DNA of 64,000 nucleotides from Pocillopora damicornis (Eukaryota): NCBI RefSeq assembly GCF_003704095.1, contig NW_020845620.1, positions 1 to 64,000 of the forward strand, read 5' to 3'. Shown piece by piece: positions 41,576 to 53,370 of this stretch (position 1 is its first letter; each line of letters starts with the position of its first letter). The notes under the pieces were generated by a model. It saw only the letters and a program-made list of their open reading frames with translations, ran no database searches and was not told where the DNA came from. The position numbers and the translations under genes were made by a program.

Positions 41576-42639
41576 TCCTTAAAGTCGAGTCTACTAGCGT
41601 AAACAGTAAGTCTTTTTCTTCAATAATTCTGCGCACGAAATATCTTAAAATGTAAAATTAAATATTTCCAAACAGTCACGCTCTTGTGTCTGGGAGAAAT
41701 GACTTCCTTTTAAAAAGTCACTATGTAGGAGGCTCTCTCATCAATAGCCTTCTCAAGAATTCACAAACCAGACTATAGGACTTGTAATAAACCGGCTTAA
41801 AATTATGGGACAAATCCCGACACTGGAGGAGTTCTACTATGTATGTATGATAAACGACTGATTTCCATCAATTGGTAAGAACACAGAAGCTTCTCAAAGA
41901 GAATAAGCTAAGTGTAATACTCCAATAAGTTTGTACTTACAAATCTACACGAGACATGAACTGGGCTGGTTGGGACAAAAGCTACTGCGGCTGACCGACA
42001 TGTCCAGAAAACATGCAGAAACGAGGGTGGTGAAAATTCGTCAAAATAGTAAAATCTACTAACCTGATTTCCCTTTGACGAATTTGTCTAAACTTCGCCA
42101 AGTCTGAAAAATCAATGAACATTGGCTCGCTTTGACGAAATTTCGTTACTGCGTGCATTTCTAGACATATGTAAGCTGGTCTACAAAATATCACCGGCTG
42201 TAATTGTCATCTTCACATATTCAGTTCAAAATATGATATTAATTTCTTCCTTATTTTATCCATGCTTTCATTTTAGGTCAAAGATAAACGTCCAAAGACT
42301 GGCAATAAAAGATAGAGATTATGCAAAGAGGCCTCAAATGCTGTTAATTTAAACTAAATTACTGCAGACAAATAAATGTTGGAGCTTAACTTTATGGCTA
42401 TAATTATTATCTAAACGTGTACCAGCTGCTAACAAAGGTAAAACAATTATCAAGTCTCTGCTGTCTCTCTGCAGCTTGTTGGTTAGTTAAAACTCATTCC
42501 CCTAAAGATGCGTGGTAAAAATTCACGTTTCCTAGAACATCAGTTCTGAACTTGAATTTCCTGGCTCTTTGTGATACGAATAAAAGTGCAGGATTGTGCA
42601 GATCCGGAAGCCGTTAGTTTACACAATGACGGGAGAGTT

Positions 42640-42915
42640 ACAAAACTCATATTCACTCTGGTTTTCAGAAGTTGCGGTTGCTGTAGTAACATGTTGCCTT
42701 CGATGGTATTTTCATGTGATAGGAAAGGAAAACAGGAAGGCCGCATGTGATCTAATTTTGTATAGAGTTGAAGGGAAGAGCTTAACGAACAGTATCAGAG
42801 GATACCCAGAAATCGTGAGTTGCCACTGAGACAGGAAAATGAAGAAACTCTTATTTACATTGGTTTTCATTGCCTGTATTTTCTTTGTATTCAGCTGATC
42901 TTATGTTAGAAAGCC
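42640..42915 (+). pseudogene. Two dead tandem copies of the prepropeptide promoter/signal exon
   Basis: Truncated fragment near 42643-42668 (aaactcatattcactctggttttcag). Second copy at 42839 reads MKKLLFTLVFIACIFFVFS*, with TGA where other copies have Arg. Confidence 0.7.
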
Positions 42916-43120
42916 TACGGCCTGCTTTCGAAGTTAAAAGATACCATGTAGGCGGGTTGCGTTAGTGACATATTTCCTTCAGTTCCATGATATTTTCATC
43001 TGAAAGGAGACGAAAAACGGGAAGCCTGCATATGATCCCATTTTGTGTGAATCGGAAGGAAAGGTCGTAAAGGATCAATATCAAAGGAGACCCGTTGTAA
43101 GTTGGCACCGTGATAGGAAA

Positions 43121-44048
43121 ATGAGAAAACTCATATTGACATTGGTTTTCAGTGCCTGTATTGTCTACGTATCTGCCCGATCTTATGTTAGTGAAACAAA
43201 AGCTCTCTTGGCAGAGAAGTGGGCTAGACGGAAATTGCCCCCACTGTAAGTGCCAGTTTAAAAATAAGCACAACACAAAAGAAAATAATCGTGTCCCTTC
43301 TCTGTTCGACTTCGACTAAATTGATGTGAAAATGGGAGTTTTTCGAGAAAGATGTTTTTCCTCTTGTCACGAGCTTGGGAAAAAGAAAATTTCTGAGTCC
43401 TCAAGAGGAAGCGAACTTCAGACCTTCGGATTCCGCGCTCCGATACTCTACCAATGAGCCAAAACGAATTCTACGGTTAGCGAAGTCTATCACAAAGTTC
43501 ATATGACACGCGTCCTGCATACTGCTAGGATTAGCAACGTCGATGGCGTCATGTTTGTTATTGAAATAAAAAATATGGTAAGCTTTGAGCTCGGTAAAGA
43601 AACAGAGAAAGATGTTTTTCTTCATGTCACGAGCGTCGGAAAAAGAAACACTTCTGAGTCCCCATGAGGAATCGAACCTCAGACCTTCGGATTCCACGCT
43701 CACCGTAGTCTGTGAGGCTCAGTGTTAGAGCATCCAAACGCAGATCTTTCTCTATTTCTTCACCGAACTCAAAACTTACAATCTCTCTAATTCTATGAGT
43801 TGTTCGTTCGCAAAATATGCTCAGTTTTAGCTTTGAAACTACGACATGTCAATAAAGAAGAAAAAATTGATATCCATAATCCCAGCTGGTTATGGTACTA
43901 ATAAACATGGAGGATTGTAACAAACGTTGTTTCTTTGCTTGATTGCAGTTTGGTGGAAAGGAGCGACTCCGTGAAACCAAGCGAGGAGAGGCGATTCAGC
44001 GCAAACATGGTTTATCATCACTTCTCATCGTCAGCCGGGTTTCGATAG
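43121..44048 (+). CDS. Small secreted prepropeptide-like protein, copy 2 (about 74 aa)
   Basis: Exon 43121-43245 MRKLILTLVFSACIVYVSA-RSYVSETKALLAEKWARRKLPP, donor GTAAGT. Exon 43949-44048 reads LVERSDSVKPSEERR-FSANMVYHHFSSSAGFR* if spliced directly. A further donor follows at 44056. Confidence 0.55.
43345..43796 (-). mobile_element. Composite tRNA-derived SINE-like insertion with 9-bp target-site duplication
   Basis: Two tandem tRNA-like heads on the minus strand (tggtagag...ggttcgattcc), flanked by gagtttttc / gagttgttc. Absent at the homologous site near 51815-51830. Confidence 0.75.
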
Positions 44049-45494
44049 CTGAGTAGTAAGTCTGGTTCATTTAGAGTCTTTCCTGAGTATAATTGCTTGA
44101 GTGAATTTTGGATTCACGTTGGCAGAGATCGTGACCGAACTCTAAGTAGTTAACTCTGTTAATCACATATAAGAAATTCACATACCTGAATCGACACTTT
44201 TTACCACAACTGTGTTTTGTGTATCTTTGTACGAAGATCTCTCTTTACTCATCTAATCATTTTATTTTTGCACTCAGTTGTTGCAGAGCGTCGAATGGAA
44301 GAGTAAGTCTGTGAACTGTACCATTGGTTCTTTCAGTGATATCATTTACGCAATTGTCTTAGTCGATATTTTCTCCCAAGTTTCGCTATCCTTCACTCCC
44401 CTAAGCGACACCATTTCCTTCCATTGTTCATTCAAGGCTATTGTAACCGAGGCTCTGCGGGTGGGGCCAGTTTTTTTTAGGCCAATTATAGAGCGTTGTA
44501 AAAAAAAACAATGTATTCTGGGATTACTTTCGTTCGACGCTCTTAAAAAATGGCTCCATTATTTTTCTCCCCTTCACTTTAGGTCCTAGTGAAATGAACG
44601 TCTGACGGCTGACACAGAAAGTTCAGATATATGCAAAGAAGCCATAACTGCTGCTGAAGTGAATTTAATCACTGAGGAGACCCGATATAAAAGCTTGACT
44701 TGAAGGCCGCAGTTAGCATTTAAATGTAATTATTGAGAATGATATTAAAATTACAATAATATTAATAACAACAACAATAAAAATAATGTCACCACAATTA
44801 ATGTAATAAGCCACAAGTAAAGTTCAGTAAAAATAATTACAAGGTTTTGCACGGTGGGTTAGCACAAGGTTTTGTTTCTGAGTTTTCTAAAGATGAAAGG
44901 TGGAGATGGAAAAAAGAAAGACGACTGGTTCGATCTCATTGCCAAAACAATGATTTCTAACTTTTACATACTGACATCGATCTGCCTCATATTTCGGCTA
45001 GCATTGTGGCCTATTTCTTTTATGATAAGTGAAGAAAGGTGAAGAAATTTTTGAGAGATATTTAAAACATCAATGTTAAGCTGGTCATAATTGCAATGAG
45101 GCACGGTTTAAATTGATTTATGCATCTCGTAGATAGTTTATAATCTCTTGCTATGAATCAGTTATGCCTAGTATTCGAAAGGCGGACCGAAAATTTATAA
45201 CTTAGTGTTGATAAGCGTTTCTTTGACGCAGTATTAAACCCCGCGCTCATTCATCAGTGACACTGTAGTCCTTCTCACAAGAATTTCAACGAGTGATTTA
45301 TCACAGTCTCCTATCAGCTAACTAATTTTTCTCGCAGTCATTTGGTAACGAGAGAGCATCAGAGCTTCTAAAGATTTCATTTCGAACGATCTGTAATGCC
45401 CAAACATCTCACCGACCAGAACGTTCGATTGTACCACTCTGCCCCAGTCTCCTTTGTAGCCCTCCTTAAAGGTCGTCACACCACGTGCTCTTCC

Positions 45495-46743
45495 TTAGAG
45501 TATGTCTTTCATGTATTTCACTTCATCTCCTGATAGCGCTTTATCAACTACAAGAAGATCTCTCATGTACCCATCAGAAGTCGGAAAATGCATTCTGTCT
45601 CGTTTCAACCCAATGTCGAAAACTGTATGATTATTTTCGATCAGGTCTAAAGGACCATTAGAAACTCTACTTCCACCCCTTCTAATTCCATCTACGTACA
45701 GAATTCCCTCTTTTCTATCTCGACTCCAAGTGAACGCCACGTGCATCCATCTATTGGGGATGACCTTCCTTTGATTATGAGAGAACAGAACACAAAAGGG
45801 AATGAGGCTTTGCGCAAATCTCCGCTTCTCAATGTACCTCTTAGGAAGGTAAATCACTCTGGGATACACACTTGAGTGCTCTAGGTGTCTCTTCCTATTT
45901 ATTAATTGCACGTAGGAAAAGAAAAGATGTATCTTATGCACCTACCAGCGACAGAAATAAACCATAGTAAGTCCACGTGGATGATGAGGTTTTCGAAGTT
46001 GAGCACAAATTCGACGCCAACCATAAATAAAGATTCTGAACTGATTTGGTTCTGACCAGTCGGAATAGATATGAACTGGAAGAGTACTTGGAAGGCTCAA
46101 AACCTTTATCCAACACATGATACTAAAGCTGATAGCTCGGATCGGGAGTGCTGGGGTTTCTGCGTAGGAATGCCGGGATCCACTCAAGTACAGTACTTTC
46201 CTGCCATCAGTATTTCGATAGGAAGCGCCATTGTACAAACTTTTCAATTCATGAAAATAATGGAAATACATTCGTTATAATGCCAACCATACCATATGGA
46301 ATCCTCTTTACAGGTAGCTGAATGAAATGTCACCATTAACTGAAAGTATTTAACAGCATTTCAAGAAAGGCAGCTTAATGATCCTCTCCACTATTTATTT
46401 TGCGAGAAACTCTAAGAAGATATTTGAAATTCATGTGAAAAAATTGGGGAAATAGCCATAGCAAACGCGGCAAAATAACCGTAAATTTTTGTTGGCTGCA
46501 ATGCATTTTAGAATTATTAAAAGTTAAAACTTTCATCTGTCAAAGCCGTTGTATTATGACTTTTATGCCCTGTACTCAAAACAATAACTCATTGAAACTA
46601 GAGTTTATCCATAATTATAAGCAGGAGTGTGAACTTTTCACAATGATAGTGTTCCGACAATTTCTTCCTGGAAGAAGAAAGCGTTCTCTCATCTTACCTT
46701 ATATTTGGATCAGACCCATTGAGTGCCCAATGAAAACGAAATC
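45495..46743 (-). CDS. LamG-domain gene copy B (three 3' exons; upstream exons lost in gap or absent)
   Basis: Exons 46743-46698 ([14 protein letters not shown]), 46239-45946, 45768-45495. Open frame, canonical splice sites. Confidence 0.8.
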
Positions 46744-47581
46744 CTTTGAATCCTTGAATTTAAAAATGAATACTGGTGTGGTTTGATCACGATTTATCAA
46801 ACATCAAACATTTTTTGCTTAAGTTTTAAAGATGTTTATAGGAGTGCGAACTAAATTTAAAGCAACTCACTTGAACGACAAGAATTCTAGAAGACAATTG
46901 GACGATTTGAAATAATTCCCGTGATGTCGTCCGAAGATCCACAAACTGGTTGATGTAAACAACATATGCGGATACTACAAAGCACCAACTATAGTTGAGC
47001 ACAAGTGGGATAACTGTATAATTTTAAGCTCATGAACCTTTTTTAGAGAAGACTGTTCTTAATAACTTTCATGCTTCAAAAAGGCCGTGAAAGAAATCCG
47101 TAATAAGCCTTACTAGTGGTATTGCAGGGTCCTACTATAGTGGAACTTACGGTGGATATAAACTCTTAATATAAAACGAGTTCANNNNNNNNNNNNNNNN
47201 NNNNNNNNNNNNNNNNNNNNNNNNNNNNNNNNNNNNNNNNNNNNNNNNNNNNNNNNNNNNNNNNNNNNNNNNNNNNNNNNNNNNATTGGTAATGTTCGTG
47301 CTCATATGCACCTTCCATTTTCGTAACGAGAAAACATCAAAGCTTCTAACGATTTCATTTCGAACGATCTGTAATGCCCAAACATCTCACAAACCAGAAC
47401 GTTCGATTGNNNNNNNNNNNNNNNNNNNNNNNNNNNNNNNNNNNNNNNNNNNNNNNNNNNNNNNNNNNNNNNNNNNNNNNNNNNNNNNNNNNNNNNNNNN
47501 NNNNNNNNNNNNNNNNNNNNNNNNNNNNNNNNNNNNNNNNNNNNNNNNNNNNNNNNNNNNNNNNNNNNNNNNNNNNNNNNN

Positions 47582-48179
47582 TTTTCGATCAGGTCTAAAG
47601 GACCATTAGAAACACTCTTGCTACCTTTTATAATTCCATCAATGTACAGAATTCCCTCTTTTCTATCTCGGCTCCATGTGAACGCCACGTGCATCCATTT
47701 ACTGGGGATGGTCTTCCTTTGATTATGAGAGAACAGAACACAAAAGGGAATGAGGCTTTGTGCAAATCTCCGCTTCTCAATATACCTCCTAGGAAGGTAA
47801 ATCGCTCTGGGATACACATTTGAGTGCTCTACGTGTCTCTTCCAATTTTATTAATAGCACGTAGGAAAAGAAAAGATGTATCTTATGCACTTACCAGATA
47901 CAGGGATAAACTATATCATGTCCATGAGGATTTCGAAGCTGAGCACAAATTTCATGCCAACCAGAAATATAGATTCTGAACTGATGTGGTTCTGACCAGT
48001 CAGAATAGATATGAACTTCATGATCACTTGGAAGGCTCAAAACCTTTATCCAACACATGATACTAAAGCTGATAGCTCGGATCGGGAGTGCTGGGGTTTC
48101 TGCGTAGGAATGCCGGGATCCATTCAAGTACAGTACTTTCCTGCTATCAGTATTTTGATAGGAAGCACCATTGTACAAA
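47582..48179 (-). CDS. LamG-domain gene copy C (partial, gap-interrupted)
   Basis: Exons 48179-47895 (SLYNGASY...DIVYPCIW) and 47717-47582, which runs into a gap. Confidence 0.75.
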
Positions 48180-49077
48180 CTTTTCAATTCATGAAAATAA
48201 GGGAAATATATTTGTTAACATGCATACCATACCATCTGAAATCCTCTTTACAAGAAGTTAAATGAAATAATGTCACCATTAACTGAAAATATTTAACAGC
48301 GTTTCAAGAAAAGCAGCTTAATGATCCTCTCCGGGAAGTATTCACTGTATGAGGAAGTCAAAGGAGATTTTTGAAATTCCTGTGAAAAAATTGGGGAAAT
48401 AGCTATAGCAAACGCGGCAAAATAACCGCAGATGTTTGCTGAAACTAGAGTTTATCCACAATTATGAGTAAGAATTTGACCTATTCACAACAGTAGTGTT
48501 CGACCAGTTCTTCCTAGCAGAAGAAAGNNNNNNNNNNNNNNNNNNNNNNNNNNNNNNNNNNNNNNNNNNNNNNNNNNNNNNNNNNNNNNNNNNNNNNNNN
48601 NNNNNNNNNNNNNNNNNNNNNNNNNNNNNNNNNNNNNNNNNNNNNNNNNNNNNNNNNNNNNNNNNNNNNNNNTTTAAAGAAGGGCGAACTAAATTTAAAA
48701 CAAACTAACAATGACAAGAAGTCTCGAAAGCAAGTAATTGGACGATTTGAAGTAATTCCCCTATTTTCGTCCAGGGATCCACAAACTGCTTANNNNNNNN
48801 NNNNNNNNNNNNNNNNNNNNNNNNNNNNNNNNNNNNNNNNNNNNNNNNNNNNNNNNNNNNNNNNNNNNNNNNNNNNNNNNNNNNNNNNNNNNCCTTCGAC
48901 TTCCTCATACAGTGAATACTTCCCGGAGAGGATCATTAAGCTGTCTTTGTTGAAACGCTATTAAACATTTTCAGTTAATGGTGAAATTATTTCATTTAGC
49001 TACTTGTAAAGAGGATTTCAGATGGTATGGTATGCATGTTAACAAATCTATTTCCCTTATTTTCATGAATTGAAAAG

Positions 49078-49812
49078 TTTATACAATGGTGCTTCCTATC
49101 AAAATACTGATGGCAGGAAAGTGCTGTACTTGAATGGATCCTGGCATTCCTACGCAGAAACCCCAGCACTCCCGATCCGAGCTATCAGCTTTAGTATCAT
49201 GTGTTGGATAAAGGTTTTGAGCCTTCCAAGTAATCTTCCAGTTTATATCTATTCCGACTGGTCAGAACCGCATCAGTTCAGAATCTTTATTCAACGAAGT
49301 TATCTAATTTGTGCTAATCTTCGAAAACCTAGTGGACTTGATCGGGTTTATCTCTGTGCTGGGTAAGTGCTTAAAATAGACCTTGTCTTTTCCTACGTAA
49401 TATTAATAAATAGGAAGAGACACATAGAGGACTCAAGTGTGTATCTCAGAGCAATTTATCTTCCTAGGAAGTATACCGAGAAGCGGAGATTTGTACAAAG
49501 CCTCATTCCCTTTTGTGTTCTGTTCTCTCATAATCAAAGGAAGATCATCCCCAATGAATGGATGCACGTGGCGCTCACTTGGAGCCGAGAGAAGAAAGAG
49601 GGAATTCTGTACATTGATGGAATTATACAAGGTATCCAGAGAGTTTCTGATGGTCTTTTAAACCTGAAAAAAATAGTCATACAGTTTTCGACATTGGGTT
49701 GAAACGAGACAACACGCTTAGACCGACATTTGATGGGTACATGAGAGATCTTCTAGTGGTTGATAAAGCGTTATCAGGAGATGAAGTGAAATACATGAAA
49801 GACATACTTTAA
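49078..49812 (+). pseudogene. LamG-domain gene copy D, with a -1 frameshift in an A-run (pseudogene or sequencing error)
   Basis: Exons 49078-49362 and 49540-49812. The A7 run near 49667-49673 needs A8 to keep [13 protein letters not shown] in frame. Confidence 0.7.
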
Positions 49813-51569
49813 GGTAGAACACGCGGTGTGACGACCTTTAAGGGGGGCTACAAAGAAGACTAGGGCAGAGTGGTACAATCGAACGTTCTAGGTGGTGAGA
49901 TGTTTGGGCATGACAGATCGTTCGAAATGAAATCGTTAGAAGCTTTGATGTTTTCTCTTTACGAAAATGGAAGGTACATATGAGCACGAACATTACCAAT
50001 TTCAATGAAAACTATTCCTCGGGTAACATTACAGCATCTCTGATTGAATAACAAAACAAAGAGGCATAGAAACTCATTTTGAGACAAGCTTTAAGGCGGC
50101 AACCAGAACAGGTGGAATGAAAAACGTGCGGAGCACATAGATCAGAAAAAACTTTTTATTTAAGGTTGCTGGTGCTATGCTATAAATGCTGCATTTTCTG
50201 TTATCACTCATGATGAGAGACTCTTATGTAGTAATCAGTCTCGACTGCGAAAAAAATTAGTTAGCTAATGAGACTGTGATAAATCTCTTATTGAAATGCT
50301 TGCGAGGAAGACTACAGTGCTACTGACGAACGAGCCCGGGGTTTTATATTTCGTCAAAGGAACGCTAAATAACATTAAGTTATAAAGGTTCGGTTCACCT
50401 TTCGAATGCTAAGCATAACTGATTCATAGCAAGAGATTATATATTAACTATTAGATGCATAAATCAACATAAATTGCGCCTCGTTGCAATTATGATAAGC
50501 TTAACATTGATGTTTTAAATATCTCACAAATGGCAGCGGCTTGTGTAATAAATAAAGCCATTTCTCAAAAATTTTTCACCAATTTATTATAAAAGAAATA
50601 GACCACAATACTAGCCGAATTTTGAGGCTGATAAATGTCAGTATATAAAAGTTCAAAGTTAGGAATCATTGTTTTTGCAATGAGATCGAACCAGTCGTCT
50701 TTCCTTTTTTTCATCTCCACCTTTCTTCTTTATAAAACTCAGAGGCAAAACCGTCTGCTAACCCACCGTGCAAAACCTTGTAACTATTTTTAGTAAACTT
50801 CACTTGTCGCTTATTATATTGATACTAGTGACATTATTTTTATTGTTGTTGTTATTAATATTATTGTTATTTTAAAATCATTATTGTTGATTACATTTAA
50901 ATGCTGACTGCGGCCTTCAAGTCAAGCTTTTATGTCGGGTCTCCTCACTGATTAAATTTACTTAAGCAGCAGTTATGGCTTCTTTGCATATATCTCAGTT
51001 TTCTGTGTCAGCCGTCAGACGATCATTTCACTGGGACCTAAAGTGAAGGCGTAAAAAAGGATAGAGCCATTTTTAAAGAGCGTCGAAGGAAAGTAATCCC
51101 AGAATACATTGTTTTGCTTTACCTCGCTCTATAATTGGTCTAAAAAAACTGGCCCCACCCGCAGAGCCTCAGTTACAATAACCCTGAATGAACAATGGAA
51201 GGAAATGGTAGCGCTCAGGCGAGTGAAGGATAACGAAAGAATTGGGGAAATATCGCTTAAGACAACTGCGTTAATGATATCACTGAAAGAACCAATGGTA
51301 AAATTAAACAGACTAAGTCTTCCATTCGACGCTCTGCAACAACTGAGTGTAAAAATAAAATGATTAGATAATTAAAGAGAGATCGCTGCACGAAGAAACA
51401 AAACACATATTTGTGGTAAAAAATTGTTGATTCAAATATGTGAATTTCTTATATGTGCTTAACAGAGTTAACTATACTTAGAGTTCGGTCACGATCTCCG
51501 CCAACGTGAATCCAAAATTCACCCAAGCAATTATACTCAGGAAAGACTGTAAATGAACCAGACTTACTA

Positions 51570-52325
51570 CTCATCTATACAAACCCGGCTGACGATGAGA
51601 AGTGATGATGAACCATGTTTGCGCTGACTCGCCCTCTCCTCGCTTGGTTTCACGGAGTCGCTCCTTTCCACCAAACTGCAATCAAGCAAAGAAACAACGT
51701 TTGTTACAATCCTCCATGTTTGTTAGCAGCATAACCAGCTGGGATTATGGTTATCTATTTTTTATTTTATTAATGACATATCGCAATTTCAAAGCTAAAA
51801 CTGAAGATATATTGCCAACGAAAAACTCCTGTTTTCACATTAATTTGATCGAAGTCGAACAAAGAAGGAACACGATTATTTTCTTTGTGCTTATTTTTAA
51901 ACTGGCATTTATGGTGGGGACAATTCCCGTCTAGCCCGCTTCTCTGCCAAGAGCTTCTTTTTACTCACATACGATCAGCTGGATACATGGGCAATACAGG
52001 CAATGAAAACCAATGTAAATAAGAGTTTCCTCATTTTCCTGTCTCCAAGGCTCACGACCTCCGGGTCTCCTCTAATACTGTTCATTAACGCTCGTTCCTT
52101 TAACTTCATACGAAATTGGATCAAATGCGGGCTTCCTGTTTTTTCCTTTCCAATTAAATGAAAATGCCATCGAAGGCAACATGTTACCTCCGCAACCGGA
52201 ACTTCTCGTAATAGCTTTTGACTTTACAGTGAAGCCTTAGGTTTTCTTCAAGTAGAGCTTATGTTTTACTAACAAAAGATCGGCTGCATAAGTAGGGAAT
52301 ACAGGCACTGAAAACCAGAGTGAAT
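51570..52325 (-). pseudogene. Inverted pseudogene copies of the prepropeptide gene
   Basis: ATG at 52034 reads MRKLLFTLVFIACIAHVSS*, donor lost (ccat-aaatg instead of cact-gtaag), and exon 2 (approx. 51676-51570) has a 1-nt indel. Another signal-exon remnant at approx. 52325-52230 (FTLVFSACIPYLCSRSFVSKT*). Confidence 0.75.
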
Positions 52326-52819
52326 ATGAATATGAGTGAATATAATGTCAAAGGAATACAGGATATTACACAGTGCAAGAACAATATCTCACGAGTCAGC
52401 GCAGCGAATGAGTGAGATATTGTTCTTGCCACTCGAGCATAAAATTCATTTCTTCGAGCTAACGGGCAATTTTCTTTAATTATATGGACAAACCAAAGTT
52501 ACTAATGAACTAAGTTCATTCAGCAAAGTTTGGAAAGGTTGGAATCGTGGCGTCGTTGTTTCATATGACCACTCTTGTTACATGGGAGAAATACGCCACT
52601 CGATCCTCGGATGTAGTGGTCCTATGAAATATCGATCCCCAGTCCTCCTTGCCACCTTCCTCTTCGTGAAATAGGGCAACCAAGAGACTAAATAGCGGAC
52701 TGCGACTAAAAATCAAACTGTTGCTGTCGAAGAAAAACTACAAGGTAGATTGGAAACTGAAATTAAGTTACGCATTAAAAAATGCACGAATTGGTGTAGT
52801 GCGATTAAGTCTGAAGGGA

Positions 52820-52960
52820 AACAGAAATTTGCCAGTGTCTGAGCAACTGCGCACTTACCTCTCCCCTAACCCAACATTAACCTTAACTTTTTATCAGTTG
52901 ACTGTTGTTAGGGTTAGGGGAGGGGTAGTTGCCCAGCGCCTCAGATACTAACATTGCTCT
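52820..52960. mobile_element. Palindromic MITE
   Basis: tctgagc..ctcccctaaccca ... gggttaggggagg..ctcaga inverted arms. Confidence 0.6.
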
Positions 52961-53089
52961 AAAAAATCATGTCATACACTTTCTTTGATATTCTTGAAGA
53001 AAGAGACGACACGAATAAAAATTAATTTTTCCCTTTTTTGTTTGTTTCTTGTCTTCTTTTTAGGTGGTTCACCATCATATGGTATTTTG

Positions 53090-53370
53090 GGGCGCTGAAG
53101 CTGAAACGGCGTCTTTTTACATAATATCAGTATTCGATGACGAAGTCGATGCCTTTTGGCCCTGGCAGCATTTATTTTGCAATATCTACGATGAACGTGC
53201 CCCTTTTAAGAGGGTTAAAATCAGCAGCACATCTGCACCTTTCACCACTATTCACTATAAAATGAACAATAAGCACAAGTTGTTGTAGGTTGCAGTGGCC
53301 TCTAAAAGCGCGTCGTTGGAGGAAAGGGTATAAACAAGAAAGGAAAGAAGTTACGTCAGCTCCGGAAAGT
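53090..53370 (+). mobile_element. Degraded LINE ORF2 fragment (linker between endonuclease and RT)
   Basis: FYIISVFDDEVDAFWPWQHLFCNIYDERAPFKRVKI...KMN resembles the 'DD..W..W..LF...D.HAP.K' motif of CR1/L2-group ORF2. Stops follow. Confidence 0.6.

Larger units (their letters stand above)
42645..52330. repeat. Large inverted segmental duplication: arms approx. 42645-46500 and 48893-52330
   Basis: Colinear reverse-complement matches through coding and non-coding DNA, e.g. 44278 vs 51345, 45495 vs 49812, 43245 vs 51910. Confidence 0.9.

Noticed and set aside
42896-42898. Shared in-frame TGA in two peptide-gene copies as selenocysteine or readthrough
   Set aside because: It is CGA/CGT (Arg) in the open copies, so a CpG transition inherited through duplication; those copies also lack a donor, and no SECIS was seen.
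43390-43715. tRNA genes
   Set aside because: tRNA-like heads are embedded in a repeated element with a TSD and degenerate stems; these are SINE heads, not tRNA genes.
45769-45945. Open frame running through the LamG intron (also 49367-49539)
   Set aside because: An in-frame stop sits in the donor (TGG TAG / GGG TAA) and canonical splice sites flank the segment, so it is an intron.
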